The notes under the pieces are model-generated. The model was given only the letters and a program-made list of their open reading frames with translations, was not told the origin of the DNA and did no database searches. From contig OZ224045.1 of assembly GCA_963665325.3 (NCBI GenBank), positions 768,001-832,000 on the forward strand: a stretch of 64,000 nucleotides of DNA, written 5' to 3'. This document shows, one piece after another, positions 48,780-58,204 of the stretch. Position numbers and translations under genes: made by a program. The stretch is from Alphaproteobacteria bacterium (GTDB lineage: Bacteria; Pseudomonadota; Alphaproteobacteria; Bin95). Each line of letters begins with the position of its first letter. Positions within the stretch are counted from its first letter, which is position 1.

Positions 48780-49130
48780 AAGAAAGCAAATATCATGTAT
48801 CAAAGGCAGAATTAACATACACCCGCCACTGTCACATGGGCAAGCTGGCATGATAACCGTATAATCGCCACATAATCAAACTGTATCTGTTCATACACCG
48901 CGACTACCTGATTCCACACCGTCCTGTCCTTTCACAGATGGCAGCCAGAACTAAATTACACACCTGTGTGTGACTTTTCGCTCTCAATGCTTTCTTCATT
49001 ATACGGCGATCCATCCTTCCGGGAACCACTTGACATGACTCATAACATACTGTATTTCAAGCAAAGAAACAGGAAATTGCCTCAATCCATGTCAGCTCTG
49101 TGAGCATTAATCTCGCTATAGATTTCTGCT
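48780..49130. promoter_or_regulatory. AT-rich control region with repeated ACACC boxes between the RHH operon and the right boundary
   Basis: CATACACC at 48816 and 48892, CCACACC at 48914, palindrome ACACAC-CT-GTGTGT 48958-48971, inverted TGACATG/CATGTCA at 49031/49088. Confidence 0.5.
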
Positions 49131-49141
49131 ACACGCGATAC
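49131..49141 (+). repeat. Right boundary direct repeat ACACGCGATAC (att core / nic-like)
   Basis: Exact copy of 9130-9140; minus strand reads GCGTATCGCGT-GTAGCAG. Confidence 0.7.
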
Positions 49142-49360
49142 GCGCGAAACAGGGACCCGCCTGAGGCCGACGGCGGCGCAGACGGAACGGTATCGAGAGG
49201 AAAGACCGTGCCGAAGACACAGCGGCCAACGAGCCGGGAAAAGGCCCCGGGCCTCCGCCCGAAACCATGGCGTCATGCCGGAACGGACTATCGGATATGA
49301 GCCAAGCGCATGCGGATCATGACAAATCATGACACTCCGCAGGGTGTCCTCCCGCCCCGC

Positions 49361-50737
49361 TCACCGCCCGCCGGCGGGGCCGCTTCGTGCGGGGATGAGG
49401 CCGTGGGGGCGGAAGCGCATTACGAGGAGGAGGATGAGGCCCATGACCAGCGGGCGCACATGCGCGGCGCTGTCGAGCAGGTGTTCGCGGAGGGCGCTGT
49501 CGGCCGGCAGGCCCGAGGTCAGCGTCTGCATCAGCCAGAGGCCCGCCGGCTCAGCCTCGATCCAGACGAACCAGACGAGGAAGCCGCCCAGCACCGCGCC
49601 CAGATTGTTGCCGGAGCCGCCCACCACCACCATCACCCAGATGAGGAAGGTGAAGCGGAGCGGCTGGTAGCCCGCCGGCGTGAACTGGCCGTCGAGCGTG
49701 GTCAGCATGGCGCCCGCAATGCCGACGACGGCCGAGCCCAGGATGAAGACCTGGCGGTGGCGGCGCGTCACGTCCTTGCCCATGGCGCCGGCGGCGGTCT
49801 CATTGTCCCGGATCGCCCGCATCATCCGGCCCCAGGGCGAGTGCAGCGCGCGCTCCGAGAGCCAGAACACGACCGCCAGCACAGCGAGGAAGAGGCCCGC
49901 ATAGCAGAGCTTCACGAAGAGGCTCGAGGACTGGACCGCGAACTCCCGGAGCGCCTCGCCATGCGCCTCGCCCGTCAGCGCCTCCAGGCTCCGGCTGTGC
50001 AGCACGGCCACCATGTCGAGGAACGCCGGGTCCTGCTGCAGGTCCACCTCGTATGGCACCGGGCGGCCGAGGCCGGTCACGTTCTTCACCCCGCGCGTCA
50101 GCCAGTCCTCGTTCTTGAGCACGGCGATGACGATCTCGGAAATGCCGAGCGTGGCGATGGCGAAATAGTCCGAGCGCAGGCCGAGCGCGATCCGCCCGAT
50201 GACGAAGGCCGCGGCCGCGGCGAACAGCCCACCCACGAACCAGGAGAGGATAATCGGCAGGCCGAGGCCGCCGAGATAGCCGGTCTTGGCGGGCTCCACC
50301 GCCTCGATGGCATCGACGGCGGGATCGAAGAACGCCCGCGCGCCGAGAAGGCCGGCGAGCGCGACGACCGCCAGCGCCGCCGTGCGGGCGCGGCTGCGGG
50401 GCATGTAGCGGGCGAGCGCCAGTGCAAACCCGCCTGCCGCCATCAGGATGACGAGCGCGATGAACAGGCCCCCGCCGCCTGCGGCCCAGGCGGCCGGCAC
50501 GGGCGGCCGCGAGACGAGCACGCCCGCAAGGCCGCCGAGCGCGGCAAAGCCCATGATGCCGATATTGAAGAGGCCCGCATAACCCCACTGGATGTTGACC
50601 GCGAGCGACATGAGGGCGGAGATCAGGCAGAGGTTCGCGACCGCCAGCGCGAGCGACCAGGACTGGCCGAAGCCCATGGCCGCCAGCGCCGTGCCCACGG
50701 CGGCCAGCGCGATCGCGTTCCGCACCGCTGGCCTCAC
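49361..50737 (-). CDS. Branched-chain amino acid ABC transporter permease (LivM-like)
   Basis: NIQWGYAGLFN, LRSDYFAIATLG, SPWGRMMRAIRDNE. Confidence 0.92.
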   Translation of the reverse strand: MRPAVRNAIALAAVGTALAAMGFGQSWSLALAVANLCLISALMSLAVNIQWGYAGLFNIGIMGFAALGGLAGVLVSRPPVPAAWAAGGGGLFIALVILMAAGGFALALARYMPRSRARTAALAVVALAGLLGARAFFDPAVDAIEAVEPAKTGYLGGLGLPIILSWFVGGLFAAAAAFVIGRIALGLRSDYFAIATLGISEIVIAVLKNEDWLTRGVKNVTGLGRPVPYEVDLQQDPAFLDMVAVLHSRSLEALTGEAHGEALREFAVQSSSLFVKLCYAGLFLAVLAVVFWLSERALHSPWGRMMRAIRDNETAAGAMGKDVTRRHRQVFILGSAVVGIAGAMLTTLDGQFTPAGYQPLRFTFLIWVMVVVGGSGNNLGAVLGGFLVWFVWIEAEPAGLWLMQTLTSGLPADSALREHLLDSAAHVRPLVMGLILLLVMRFRPHGLIPARSGPAGGR

Positions 50738-51750
50738 AGCACCCGCCCCCGGAAGATGCCCGACGGGCGCAGCAGCAGGACGAGCACCAGGATCGCGAAG
50801 GAGACCGCAAACTTGTAGTCGGTCGAGAGAAGCTGGGCGAGGCCGTCCGGGCGCCACGCTTCCGGCAGCAGGTAGTAAAGGAACTTCTTCCAGGCGTAGG
50901 TCACGGTGACCTCGGAGAAGGCCACGATGACCGCGCCGACGATGGCGCCGTGAGGCTGGCCGATACCGCCCAGTATGGCGGCGGCGAACATGGGCAGCAG
51001 CAACTGGAAATAGGTGAACGGCTTGAAGCTCTTGTCGAGCCCGTAAAGCGCACCGGCAATGGCGGCGAGCGCGGCCGCGATCGCCCAGGCGATAAGCACC
51101 ACGCGCTCCGGATTTATGCCGGAAAGCAGCGCCAGGTCCTCATTGTCCGAATAGGCGCGCATGGACTTGCCCGTGCGGGTGCGCTGCAGGAACCGGAACA
51201 GCAGGAGGACCACCACGACCGCGACGACGACGGTCAGGCACTGCGTCGTCTTGATCGAGAGGCCTTCGGCAAGGCCGGTCGCCTGCTTGAACTCGCGCGC
51301 CTTCACCAGGAAACGCGCGCCGTCCGTGAATTGCCGGTCGTCCGGGCCAATGACGAAGCGCACCGCGCCGTTCAGCATGAACATGACGCCGAGCGAGGCC
51401 ATGACGAGCACGATGGGCGCGCTGCGCTTGCGGCGGTAGAAGCGGAACACCAGCCGGTCGGCGGCGAGCGCCGCGGCGATGGCGGCGGCCATGCCGAAGG
51501 GCAGCGCCATGAGCGCCGTCGGCAGCGGACCGAGGCCCACGCCCCAGGCCTGGAGCTGCCAGGTGACGAGGATCGTCGCCATGGCGCCGAAGGCCATCAG
51601 GTCGCCATGCGCCAGGTTGGCGAAGCGCAGAATGCCGAACACCAGCGTGATGCCGAGCGCGCCGAGTGCAAGCTGCGCGGCATAGGCAAGCCCCGGCACG
51701 ATGACATAGTTGCCGAGCAGGATCGCGGCATCGGCCAGGTCGGGCAGCAC
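50734..51750 (-). CDS. Branched-chain amino acid ABC transporter permease (LivH-like)
   Basis: LRFANLAHGD, TRTGKSMRA, AAILGGIG, LLRPSGIF. Confidence 0.92.
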   Translation of the reverse strand: MLPDLADAAILLGNYVIVPGLAYAAQLALGALGITLVFGILRFANLAHGDLMAFGAMATILVTWQLQAWGVGLGPLPTALMALPFGMAAAIAAALAADRLVFRFYRRKRSAPIVLVMASLGVMFMLNGAVRFVIGPDDRQFTDGARFLVKAREFKQATGLAEGLSIKTTQCLTVVVAVVVVLLLFRFLQRTRTGKSMRAYSDNEDLALLSGINPERVVLIAWAIAAALAAIAGALYGLDKSFKPFTYFQLLLPMFAAAILGGIGQPHGAIVGAVIVAFSEVTVTYAWKKFLYYLLPEAWRPDGLAQLLSTDYKFAVSFAILVLVLLLRPSGIFRGRVL

Positions 51751-51753
51751 CCC

Positions 51754-52458
51754 TCAGCCCCCGAGGAACGACCGGCGCACTTCCGGATTGTCCAGAAGCG
51801 CCCGGCCGCTGTCGGTAAAGCGGTTCCTGCCGGTGACGAGCACATAACCCCGGTCGGCGATGGCGAGCGCCTGGCGGGCGTTCTGCTCGGCCATCAGGAC
51901 GGCGATGCCGGCGCTGCGGATTTCCAGCATCCGCTCGAACAGCCCGTCCATCACGATGGGCGAAACGCCGGCCGTCGGCTCGTCCAGCATCAGCACGGCG
52001 GGTTCCGTCATCAGCGCGCGCCCGACGGCGACCTGCTGGCGCTGGCCGCCCGAGAGCTCGCCCGCCGGCCGATCCCGGTTCTCCCCCACTGCCGGGAAGA
52101 GCTCGAAGACCCTCTCCATGGTTTCGGCGATGCCGCCCTGCCGGAGGAACGCGCCCATCTCCAAGTTCTCCCGGACCGTCATGGTGGCGAACACATTGTC
52201 CGTCTGCGGCACGAAGGCCATGCCGCGCCCGACCCGGTCCTGTGGCGAGAGGCCGGTGATGTCCTCGCCGTCCAGCCGCACCGCGCCGGACCGAAGCGAC
52301 AGCATGCCGAGCAGCGCCTTCATCGCCGTCGATTTCCCCGCTCCGTTCGGCCCGACGATGACGGCGATCTCGCCGCGCTCGACCGAGATCGAGCAGTCGT
52401 GGATGATGTCGGCTCCGCCATAGCCGCCGGTCATGGCCTCGCCTTCGAGGTAGCTCAC
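51754..52458 (-). CDS. ABC transporter ATP-binding protein (LivF-like)
   Basis: GPNGAGKS, LSGGQRQ, LDEPT, AEQN. Confidence 0.92.
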   Translation of the reverse strand: MSYLEGEAMTGGYGGADIIHDCSISVERGEIAVIVGPNGAGKSTAMKALLGMLSLRSGAVRLDGEDITGLSPQDRVGRGMAFVPQTDNVFATMTVRENLEMGAFLRQGGIAETMERVFELFPAVGENRDRPAGELSGGQRQQVAVGRALMTEPAVLMLDEPTAGVSPIVMDGLFERMLEIRSAGIAVLMAEQNARQALAIADRGYVLVTGRNRFTDSGRALLDNPEVRRSFLGG

Positions 52459-53249
52459 GGGCCCCCCGCCTCCGGGGCGGGATTGTCCGTATGCGCGCCC
52501 CGGCCGAGATAGGCTTCGATCACCGCCTCGTCGGCCATGATCCTGTCCGCCGGCCCCTGGGTCAGCACCGCGCCCTCCACCATCACGATCACCGGGTCGC
52601 AGAGCCGGGAGATGAACTCCATGTCGTGCTCGATCATGCAGAAGGTGTAGCCGCGCTCGCGGTTGAGTCGCTGGATCGAGTCGCCGACGACGCGCAGGAG
52701 CGTGCGGTTGACCCCGGCGCCGACCTCGTCCAACAGCACGATGCGGGCATCGACCATCATCGTGCGGCCGAGCTCCAGCAGCTTCTTCTGGCCGCCCGAA
52801 AGGTTGCCGGCCGGCTCGTCGGCGACGCGGTCGAGGCCGAGGAAATCGATCACCTCGTCGGCCTTCTCCCGGTTCGCGCGCTCGTCCTCCCGAACCCTTC
52901 CGGGCTTGAGCCACGCTCCCAGAAGGCTTTCCCCGGTCTGGCCCGCCGGCACGGTCATCAGGTTCTCGCGCACTGTCAGCGTCGGGAACTCATGCGCGAT
53001 CTGGAAAGTCCGGAGCAGGCCCCGGTGGAAAAGCTGGTGCGGCTTGAGGCCGGAGACGTCCTCCGCGCCGAGGAAGATGCGGCCCGAATCGGGCGCGAGC
53101 ACGCCCGCGATCAGGTTGAACAGTGTGGTCTTGCCGGCGCCGTTCGGTCCGATCAGCCCGGTGATCGAGCCCTCGGCGATCTCCAGGCTCGCGCCGTCCA
53201 CGGCCGCGACGCCGCCGAAGCGCTTCGAGACCCCGGCGACGCGGATCAT
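52455..53249 (-). CDS. ABC transporter ATP-binding protein (LivG-like)
   Basis: GPNGAGKTT, RTFQ, LSGGQKK, LLDE, IEHDM, EAYLG. Confidence 0.92.
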   Translation of the reverse strand: MIRVAGVSKRFGGVAAVDGASLEIAEGSITGLIGPNGAGKTTLFNLIAGVLAPDSGRIFLGAEDVSGLKPHQLFHRGLLRTFQIAHEFPTLTVRENLMTVPAGQTGESLLGAWLKPGRVREDERANREKADEVIDFLGLDRVADEPAGNLSGGQKKLLELGRTMMVDARIVLLDEVGAGVNRTLLRVVGDSIQRLNRERGYTFCMIEHDMEFISRLCDPVIVMVEGAVLTQGPADRIMADEAVIEAYLGRGAHTDNPAPEAGGP

Positions 53250-53325
53250 CTCACCTGCGCTGCCTTACGGCACCGGGGCCGGAAGGTCGGGCGGCGGACA
53301 TGGAAGCCGCGCCGCCCGTTCGCAA

Positions 53326-54510
53326 TCAGCGATACCGGACGGTGACGATCTTGCCGCCCTCGACCGCGATCTCGCGGTAGTTGCCGGCGCTCTCGCCCTG
53401 GCCGATCAGTTCGACCGCGGACGCGCCGACATAGTCCACATCGCCGCCGCCGGCGATGATTTCGAGCCCCTTGGCGAGCTCGCCCGGATGGATCTTCTCG
53501 CCGGGCGCGTTGGCGACCGCCATCACATGGTCCTTGAGCTTGCCGCTGTCGGCGGAGCCGGCGGCCTGCATGGCCAGCATGATGAGGGCTGCGGCGTCGT
53601 AGGCTTCGCCGGTGAAGGGGCCGGCCTTGAAGCCCGCGGCGCCCGCCATCTCGGCGAAGGTCGCGGCTCCGGTGCTGTCCGTGCCGGGAACCGTGCCGAA
53701 GGAGCCGTTGAGGTCTGCGCCGATGGCCTCGACGAGGCTGTCGCCGACCATGCCGTCGGGCAGCAGGAAGGTCTCGAATGCGCCGGTGTCGAGCGCAGCC
53801 TGGATGATGCCCTTGCCGCCCTGGTCGAGATAGCCGGCGACCACGAGCACGTCCCCGCCGGCGGCGGCGAGCGCGGCGACCTCGGCCGCATAGTCGCCCT
53901 TGCCGTCCTCATGCGCGGCCTCGATGGTCACATTGCCGCCCATCGCCTTGAAATTGGTGGCGATGCTGTCGGCGAGGCCCTTGCCGTAGTCATTGTTGGT
54001 GTAGGTGATGGCGATGGTCCCGACGCCGCGCTCCTTCAGCACCTCGGAAATCACCTGGCCCTGGCGGGCGTCCGAGGGCGCGGTGCGGAAGAACAGGCCG
54101 TTGTCCTCCAGCGAGGAGAGCGCCGGCGAGGTGGCGGAGGGCGAGATCATGACGGTGCCGTTCGGCATGGCGACATTCTGCAGCATGGCCGTGGTCACGC
54201 CCGAGCAGTCGCCGCCGACAATGGCGTTCACCCGGTCGGCAGTGATGAGCCGCTCCGCCGCCGCGCTCGCCGCCGCGGAATCGGTGCAGGTCGTGTCGCC
54301 GCGCACCGGCGTCACGGCCGCACCGCCGAGCAGGCCCTTGCTGTCATTGACTTCTTCGATCGCGAGTTCCGCGCCGGCCGCCATGTCCGGCGTCAGCGAC
54401 TCGATAGGCCCGGTAAAGCCCATCATCACACCGATCTTGATTTTGTCATCCGCGGCCTGGGCCGAGGCGACCGCCATCACGGCCGCAAGGGCGATGATAA
54501 TCCTGCGCAT
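53326..54510 (-). CDS. ABC transporter substrate-binding protein (LivJ/K family)
   Basis: Signal peptide MRRIIIALAAVMAVASAQA; ISPSATSP, FFRTAPSD, NNDYG. Confidence 0.92.
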   Translation of the reverse strand: MRRIIIALAAVMAVASAQAADDKIKIGVMMGFTGPIESLTPDMAAGAELAIEEVNDSKGLLGGAAVTPVRGDTTCTDSAAASAAAERLITADRVNAIVGGDCSGVTTAMLQNVAMPNGTVMISPSATSPALSSLEDNGLFFRTAPSDARQGQVISEVLKERGVGTIAITYTNNDYGKGLADSIATNFKAMGGNVTIEAAHEDGKGDYAAEVAALAAAGGDVLVVAGYLDQGGKGIIQAALDTGAFETFLLPDGMVGDSLVEAIGADLNGSFGTVPGTDSTGAATFAEMAGAAGFKAGPFTGEAYDAAALIMLAMQAAGSADSGKLKDHVMAVANAPGEKIHPGELAKGLEIIAGGGDVDYVGASAVELIGQGESAGNYREIAVEGGKIVTVRYR

Positions 54511-54697
54511 AGCGTCCTCCCTTGAAAAACCGGGCGGCGCCAAACTCCGCGTGCCGACAGCAGCGGACCGCCCGAAAGCCTTTTCCCAGTGTAGGTTATC
54601 GGGTTCCGCCGGGCAATCGATGTGCTACCAAACCCGGTCAAATCCATTTGCAAACGACATCGAGGAGGCGGCCCGACCCCATGACCGGAACCGGATC

Positions 54698-55243
54698 GTG
54701 ATCCGCATTATCGGTGGGCGCTGGCGGGGGTGGCGGCTCGCCGTGCCGGCGGACCGCTCCGTGCGCCCGACGGCCGAACGGGTGCGCGAGGCGGCGTTCA
54801 ACCGGCTGGTCCATGCTGGGCTCGATCCGCCGCTCGAAGGCGCGGCCTTCCTCGATGTCTTCGCCGGCACGGGCGCGGTCGGGCTGGAGGCGCTCTCGCG
54901 CGGGGCCGCGCGGGCGTCCTTCATCGAGAGCGATCCTGCGGCGCTGGCCCTGCTCCGCCGCAATGTGGGCGAGGACGGCCAGGTCCATACCCGCGATGCC
55001 GCCTCTCCGGGACCCGCGCCCGCGGCCCATGACATTGTCTGGCTGGACCCGCCCTGGCGCTCCGGGCTGGCCGCGCCGGCGCTCGCCGCGCTCGGCCGCG
55101 AGGGCTGGCTGAGACCGGGCGCGCTGGTCGTCGTCGAGAGCGCCCATGACGATGCGCCCGACCTGCCCGGCCTCATAGACCGCCGCCGCTACGGCCGCAC
55201 AGCGCTCGCCTTCCTGCGCTTTTCGCTTGCCGGGCCGGGCTAG
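54698..55243 (+). CDS. rsmD: 16S rRNA (guanine966-N2)-methyltransferase
   Basis: RIIGGRWRG, RPTAERVREAAFN, DVFAGTGAVGLEALSRGA, DPPW, RRYG. Confidence 0.9.
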   Translation: MIRIIGGRWRGWRLAVPADRSVRPTAERVREAAFNRLVHAGLDPPLEGAAFLDVFAGTGAVGLEALSRGAARASFIESDPAALALLRRNVGEDGQVHTRDAASPGPAPAAHDIVWLDPPWRSGLAAPALAALGREGWLRPGALVVVESAHDDAPDLPGLIDRRRYGRTALAFLRFSLAGPG

Positions 55244-55545
55244 CCGGCGGCTGCCTCGAGAGTCGGTATCCGGGAAACGTCCACTTTACGCTCTGCAAGC
55301 GCCAGGTCGTAAATGCGTTGCAGATTCATCCAGAACCCGGCGCCGTTGCCGAACAGCTTGCCGAAGCGAACCGCCATTTCGGCAGTGACCGGCTGCTTCT
55401 CATTGAGGATGTCGTAGAGGGTCTGGCGGGATATTCCCAACGCCGCCGCAACGGCCGACTTGCTCATGGAAAGCGCGGGCAGGATGTCTTCGCGGAGGAT
55501 TTCCCCGGGATGAACGGGTTCTATGGAGGAGTGCCTCTCAATCAT
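55240..55545 (-). CDS. higA: HigA family antitoxin
   Basis: HPGEILRE, HTH, VTAEMAVRF, FWMNLQ..YDL. Confidence 0.93.
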   Translation of the reverse strand: MIERHSSIEPVHPGEILREDILPALSMSKSAVAAALGISRQTLYDILNEKQPVTAEMAVRFGKLFGNGAGFWMNLQRIYDLALAERKVDVSRIPTLEAAAG

Positions 55546-55823
55546 CGGTGGTAGTCCTCTATGTCAACATCGGTTGCGCCGTCATCGTCCCACCCGAAGG
55601 TGACGCGGAAGTTGGCTGTAAGGCGAACGGAGTATCGGCCTGCAAGGCCGCCTTTCAGCGGATGGAAATAGGAACCGGGATAGTTCATTTGCTCGGGCCT
55701 GTCGGCCGCCTCCAACGCAAAGAGGATTCGACGCAGCTTCCGCCTCCATTCAGCCTTCAACCCTTTCGTGTCGCCTTTGGTCCAGTAGTTCCGCAGTGCC
55801 TTGTGCCGGATGCCTCCGATCAT
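55542..55823 (-). CDS. higB: HigB (RelE-like) toxin
   Basis: IRHKAL, HPLKG..GRYSVRLTANFRVTF, C-terminal DYH; toxin upstream of antitoxin. Confidence 0.92.
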   Translation of the reverse strand: MIGGIRHKALRNYWTKGDTKGLKAEWRRKLRRILFALEAADRPEQMNYPGSYFHPLKGGLAGRYSVRLTANFRVTFGWDDDGATDVDIEDYHR

Positions 55824-55852
55824 CGAGACAGGCTGGGAGGATGCGGAATGTT

Positions 55853-55871
55853 TGTCAAGTATTGGCTTACA
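55853..55871 (-). promoter_or_regulatory. higBA operator palindrome overlapping a TTGACA -35 box
   Basis: TGTCAAG-TATTGG-CTTACA imperfect palindrome; TTGACA on the minus strand at 55858-55853. Confidence 0.5.
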
Positions 55872-55966
55872 ATTCGAGAGGTGTGAGTACGCGACGGCGC
55901 TCGCCTTCTTGCGCTTTTCTCCCCTTCAGCCTAACAGGGAGGGGCGAGATTGAGGGGGTTGGGTTC

Positions 55967-56188
55967 ATGGCGGCAGTGCCGGTGCTGTCCGAGATTCCGG
56001 GGACGGTGTTCAAGATCGAGGTCGAGGTCGGCGACGAGGTGGCGGAGGACGATCCGGTGATCATCCTGGAGTCGATGAAGATGGAGATTCCGGTGGGCGC
56101 TCCCCGCGCGGGCCGGGTCGCCGAGATTCTGGTCGAGGAAGGCGAGGCGGTGGAAGAAGGCCAGGAAGTCGCCGTCGTCGAGGCCTGA
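55967..56188 (+). CDS. Stand-alone biotin carboxyl carrier protein
   Basis: LESMKME biotinylation motif, 73 aa. Confidence 0.88.
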   Translation: MAAVPVLSEIPGTVFKIEVEVGDEVAEDDPVIILESMKMEIPVGAPRAGRVAEILVEEGEAVEEGQEVAVVEA

Positions 56189-56201
56189 GGCGGCTAAGGC
56201 C

Positions 56202-58175
56202 ATGCCCGCCGACACACCTCCGTTCGGCAAGATCCTGATCGCCAATCGCGGCGAGATCGCCTGCCGCATCGCGCGGACCGCGCGGCGCCTGGGGATCGGC
56301 ACGGTGGCCGTCTATTCCGAGGCCGACGCCGGCGCCCTGCATGTGCGCATGGCCGACGAGGCGGTCGCCATCGGCGGGTCCGCGCCGTCGGAGAGCTATC
56401 TGGACGGCGCACGTATCGTCCGGACGGCGCTCGAGACCGGCGCAGAGGCGATCCATCCGGGCTTCGGGTTCCTCTCCGAGAACGCGGGTTTCGTGGAGGC
56501 CGTCGAGGCCGCGGGACTGGTGTTCATCGGCCCTGGTGCGGCCGCCATTGCCGCCATGGGCGACAAGATCGAGAGCAAGCGCCTCGCGGAGCGGGCGGGC
56601 GTGCCCGTCGTGCCCGGCGACGCCGGCGAGATTGCGGACGCGGAAGCGGCCGTCGCCAGCGCGCGCCGGATCGGCTACCCGGTGATGGTCAAGGCGTCCG
56701 CCGGGGGCGGCGGCAAGGGCATGCGCATTGCGCGCTCGGACGAGGAGCTCCGGCAGGAGTTCGGCTCGACCGTGAACGAGGCCGTGAGCGCCTTCGGGGA
56801 CGGGCGCGTTTTCGTCGAGAAATATGTCGAGGAGCCGCGCCATATCGAAGTCCAGCTGCTGGCCGACGCACACGGCAATGCCGTCTATCTCGGCGAGCGC
56901 GAATGCTCGATCCAGCGCCGCCACCAGAAGGTCGTCGAGGAGTGCCCGAGCCCGTTCGTCGATGAGGCGCTCCGCGAGGAAATGGGGGCGCGCGCCGTCG
57001 CGCTCGCCCGCGCCGTCGACTACCGCTCGGCCGGCACAGTCGAGTTCATCGTGGACCGCGAGCGCAATTTCTACTTTCTGGAGATGAACACCCGCCTCCA
57101 AGTGGAACATCCGGTGACCGAGATGGTCACCGGCCTCGACCTCGTGGAACAGATGCTGCGCGTCGCGGCGGGCGAACCGCTTGCCTTCGGCCAGGCGGAC
57201 ATCCGCCTCGACGGCTGGGCCATCGAGGCGCGCGTCTATGCGGAGCGGCCGGAGCGCAATTTCGCGCCTTCCATCGGCCGGCTGGAGACCTTCCGCCCGC
57301 CGCCGGAGGAAGGTGGCGTGCGCATCGACACCGGCGTGGTCGAGGGCTCCGAGATCACCATGTTCTACGACCCGATGATCGCCAAGCTCGCCGCGCACGG
57401 CGCCACGCGGGAAGAGGCGCGGCTGCGGCTCGGGGAGGCGCTGGCGCGCTTCGCCATCGCCGGTGTCGGGCACAATATCGACTTCCTGGCCGCCATTGCG
57501 GACCGCCCGCGCTTCGCGGAAGGCCGGCTCAGCACGGCCTTCATCGACGAGGAGTTCCCGGACGGCTACGACCCGGCGGGCGGCGCCGAAGCGCACCGTC
57601 GATTGTTTGCGGCCGTGGCCGCGGCGCTCGCGCACAGCGAGGTAGCCGCCTCGGGCGGCGCGGTGCGCCGCGACTGGGCCGTCCTGTTCGAGGACGATGC
57701 GGCCACGGTAGCGGTGGAGCCGGACGGAGACGGCCTCAGGCTGGAGATCGACGGCGGTCCGGCGCAGCTGGAAGGCGCCCGCCCGCCGGGCGGGACGCAT
57801 TTCGAGGGACGGTTCGACGGCGAGGCGGTTGCGGTGCGGGTCGAGGAGAACGGCGCCGGCTGGCTGCTGTCCTTCCGGGGAACCCAGGCAAAGGTGCGGG
57901 CGGTGCCGCCGCGCGTTGCGGAATTCGCGCGGCTAATGCCGAAAAAGGCGCCGCCGGACACCTCGAAGGTGCTGCTTTCGCCGATGCCGGGCCTGTTGGT
58001 CTCGCTGGCGGTTACGGAAGGCGACGAGGTCGAGGCCGGCCAGACGCTCGCCGTGGTCGAGGCGATGAAAATGGAGAACGTGCTGCGCGCCGAGCGGCCG
58101 GGACGGGTCAAATCCGTCCCCGCTGCCGCCGGCGACAACCTCGCCGCCGACCAGCCGATCCTCTATTTCGAGTGA
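56202..58175 (+). CDS. pccA: Propionyl/acyl-CoA carboxylase alpha subunit (biotin carboxylase + BCCP)
   Basis: ILIANRGEIA, GGGGKGMR, ECSIQRRHQK, EMNTRLQVEH, EAMKME. Confidence 0.85.
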   Translation: MPADTPPFGKILIANRGEIACRIARTARRLGIGTVAVYSEADAGALHVRMADEAVAIGGSAPSESYLDGARIVRTALETGAEAIHPGFGFLSENAGFVEAVEAAGLVFIGPGAAAIAAMGDKIESKRLAERAGVPVVPGDAGEIADAEAAVASARRIGYPVMVKASAGGGGKGMRIARSDEELRQEFGSTVNEAVSAFGDGRVFVEKYVEEPRHIEVQLLADAHGNAVYLGERECSIQRRHQKVVEECPSPFVDEALREEMGARAVALARAVDYRSAGTVEFIVDRERNFYFLEMNTRLQVEHPVTEMVTGLDLVEQMLRVAAGEPLAFGQADIRLDGWAIEARVYAERPERNFAPSIGRLETFRPPPEEGGVRIDTGVVEGSEITMFYDPMIAKLAAHGATREEARLRLGEALARFAIAGVGHNIDFLAAIADRPRFAEGRLSTAFIDEEFPDGYDPAGGAEAHRRLFAAVAAALAHSEVAASGGAVRRDWAVLFEDDAATVAVEPDGDGLRLEIDGGPAQLEGARPPGGTHFEGRFDGEAVAVRVEENGAGWLLSFRGTQAKVRAVPPRVAEFARLMPKKAPPDTSKVLLSPMPGLLVSLAVTEGDEVEAGQTLAVVEAMKMENVLRAERPGRVKSVPAAAGDNLAADQPILYFE

Positions 58176-58204
58176 AGCGGCGGCGCGAAAAAGGGAGCCT
58201 CGCC

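Larger units (their letters stand above)
9130..49141. mobile_element. ~40 kb genomic island / integrative mobilisable element bounded by an 11-bp direct repeat
   Basis: Integrases at the left end, relaxase, defence genes, IS remnants and lower-GC cargo between housekeeping genes; ACACGCGATAC at both 9130-9140 and 49131-49141. Confidence 0.75.

Noticed and set aside
8872-49239. Alternative boundary repeat GAGCCGGGA (8872-8880 and 49231-49239)
   Set aside because: Only 9 bp, GC-rich and without supporting structure, so likely chance; not fully excluded
49316-49335. Tandem ATCATGACA repeat after the ABC permease
   Set aside because: Two short copies only, outside the island, with no supporting context
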